Shown: positions 19,267 through 20,000 of the stretch, in pieces
How positions within the stretch are numbered: the stretch's first letter is position 1
How the letters are laid out: each line of letters begins with the position of its first letter
Source: Stramenopiles sp. TOSAG23-3
Taxonomy: Eukaryota
Assembly (NCBI GenBank): GCA_900128585.1
Contig: LT642148.1
Span: forward strand, 55,410 to 75,409
Direction: 5' to 3'
Length of the DNA: 20,000 nucleotides
Position numbers and translations under genes: made by a program
Notes under the pieces: generated by a model
The model's input: the letters and a program-made list of their open reading frames with translations, nothing else
Told to the model about the DNA's origin: nothing
Database searches by the model: none

Positions 19267-20000
19267 TTTCTTCGTTGGGTTGTGAGTATAGCTGGTGGTG
19301 CAATGTCTTACTAGGAGAAATGTCGACGGTACTTGTTCGCGACACATACATTTACGAAATTAGAAGCGGAAATATATTTTCCTAAAATCTTCCATACAGT
19401 TTGTCATGTTCAATATTCTTAATTTAATACGAGAGAGGAGGATTGAGATACCACTATAAGAAGATCCGATGATGTGGTTGTTCTCTTTCCGTTGTCATGT
19501 GCTACCAAGGTAATAATAATATGATGAAATTCATTTTTTATTGCTTCCTCTGTTTGCTTTTTGGTGGTCCGTCCGTCGATTTCCTTCGTGTGTGCATAAT
19601 ATATTTCAAATGCCTTATATATATTGTGTTAAAGTTAGGGTATATATATATGTGGGTGCTTTCGTGACAATCACCCTTTCAAGTCGTTGGCTTCACACGT
19701 CACCGGCCTAAGGATTCTTCTTCTTTCCTCATCACTACCATAAATTAATTCCAAAGAAAATAACAATGGAGTGACGTATATATTCATTCCCCTATAATGT
19801 ACATATGTACATGTATAGACAACTAAAAACGCGATAATATATAGGGAATATCGAACCACTTTGTGAGTATAAAACGTTGTATTGTTGGGAGCTTTGGTTT
19901 GGGTTTTTGTTGTTTTGTTGTCGTGTTGTTGTGAGAAAAAAAAGTGTGTGTTGTTTTTTCGATAGTCTAAATAATTGATGTTTTTTATTACCTTTTGTAT

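Noticed and set aside
19520..19530. C-box ATGATGA (snoRNA)
   Set aside because: No D box (CTGA) or terminal stem at a suitable distance; the word is common in AT-rich DNA.
1..20000. Genome-wide stop codon reassignment
   Set aside because: Conserved genes end normally at TAA, TAG and TGA and contain no in-frame stops.

Overview
Gene-dense eukaryotic (protist-like, possibly stramenopile; inference) nuclear DNA. GC-balanced, almost intron-free genes alternate with very AT-rich, low-complexity spacers of about 0.9-1.1 kb. Nine genes are supported: a spliced ELF1/ELOF1 elongation factor absent from the ORF track, an H6PD-type glucose-6-phosphate dehydrogenase with secretory features, uridine phosphorylase, a hot-dog thioesterase, SURF1, valyl-tRNA synthetase, a spliced ribulose-phosphate 3-epimerase, cyclophilin B, and a degenerate MDR/enoyl-reductase-like protein. 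Five of these have mitochondrial-type presequences. The least explained element lies at about 7436-8170, between two convergent genes: a diverged ~190-bp tandem duplication with a codon-like substitution pattern, which forms a 152-aa frame only if TGA is read as Trp, next to a four-copy ~50-bp minisatellite. The spacers share recurrent short motifs (TAGACGACTA and ACC-N0-2-GGT dyads). No rRNA, tRNA, CRISPR array or recognisable transposon was seen.
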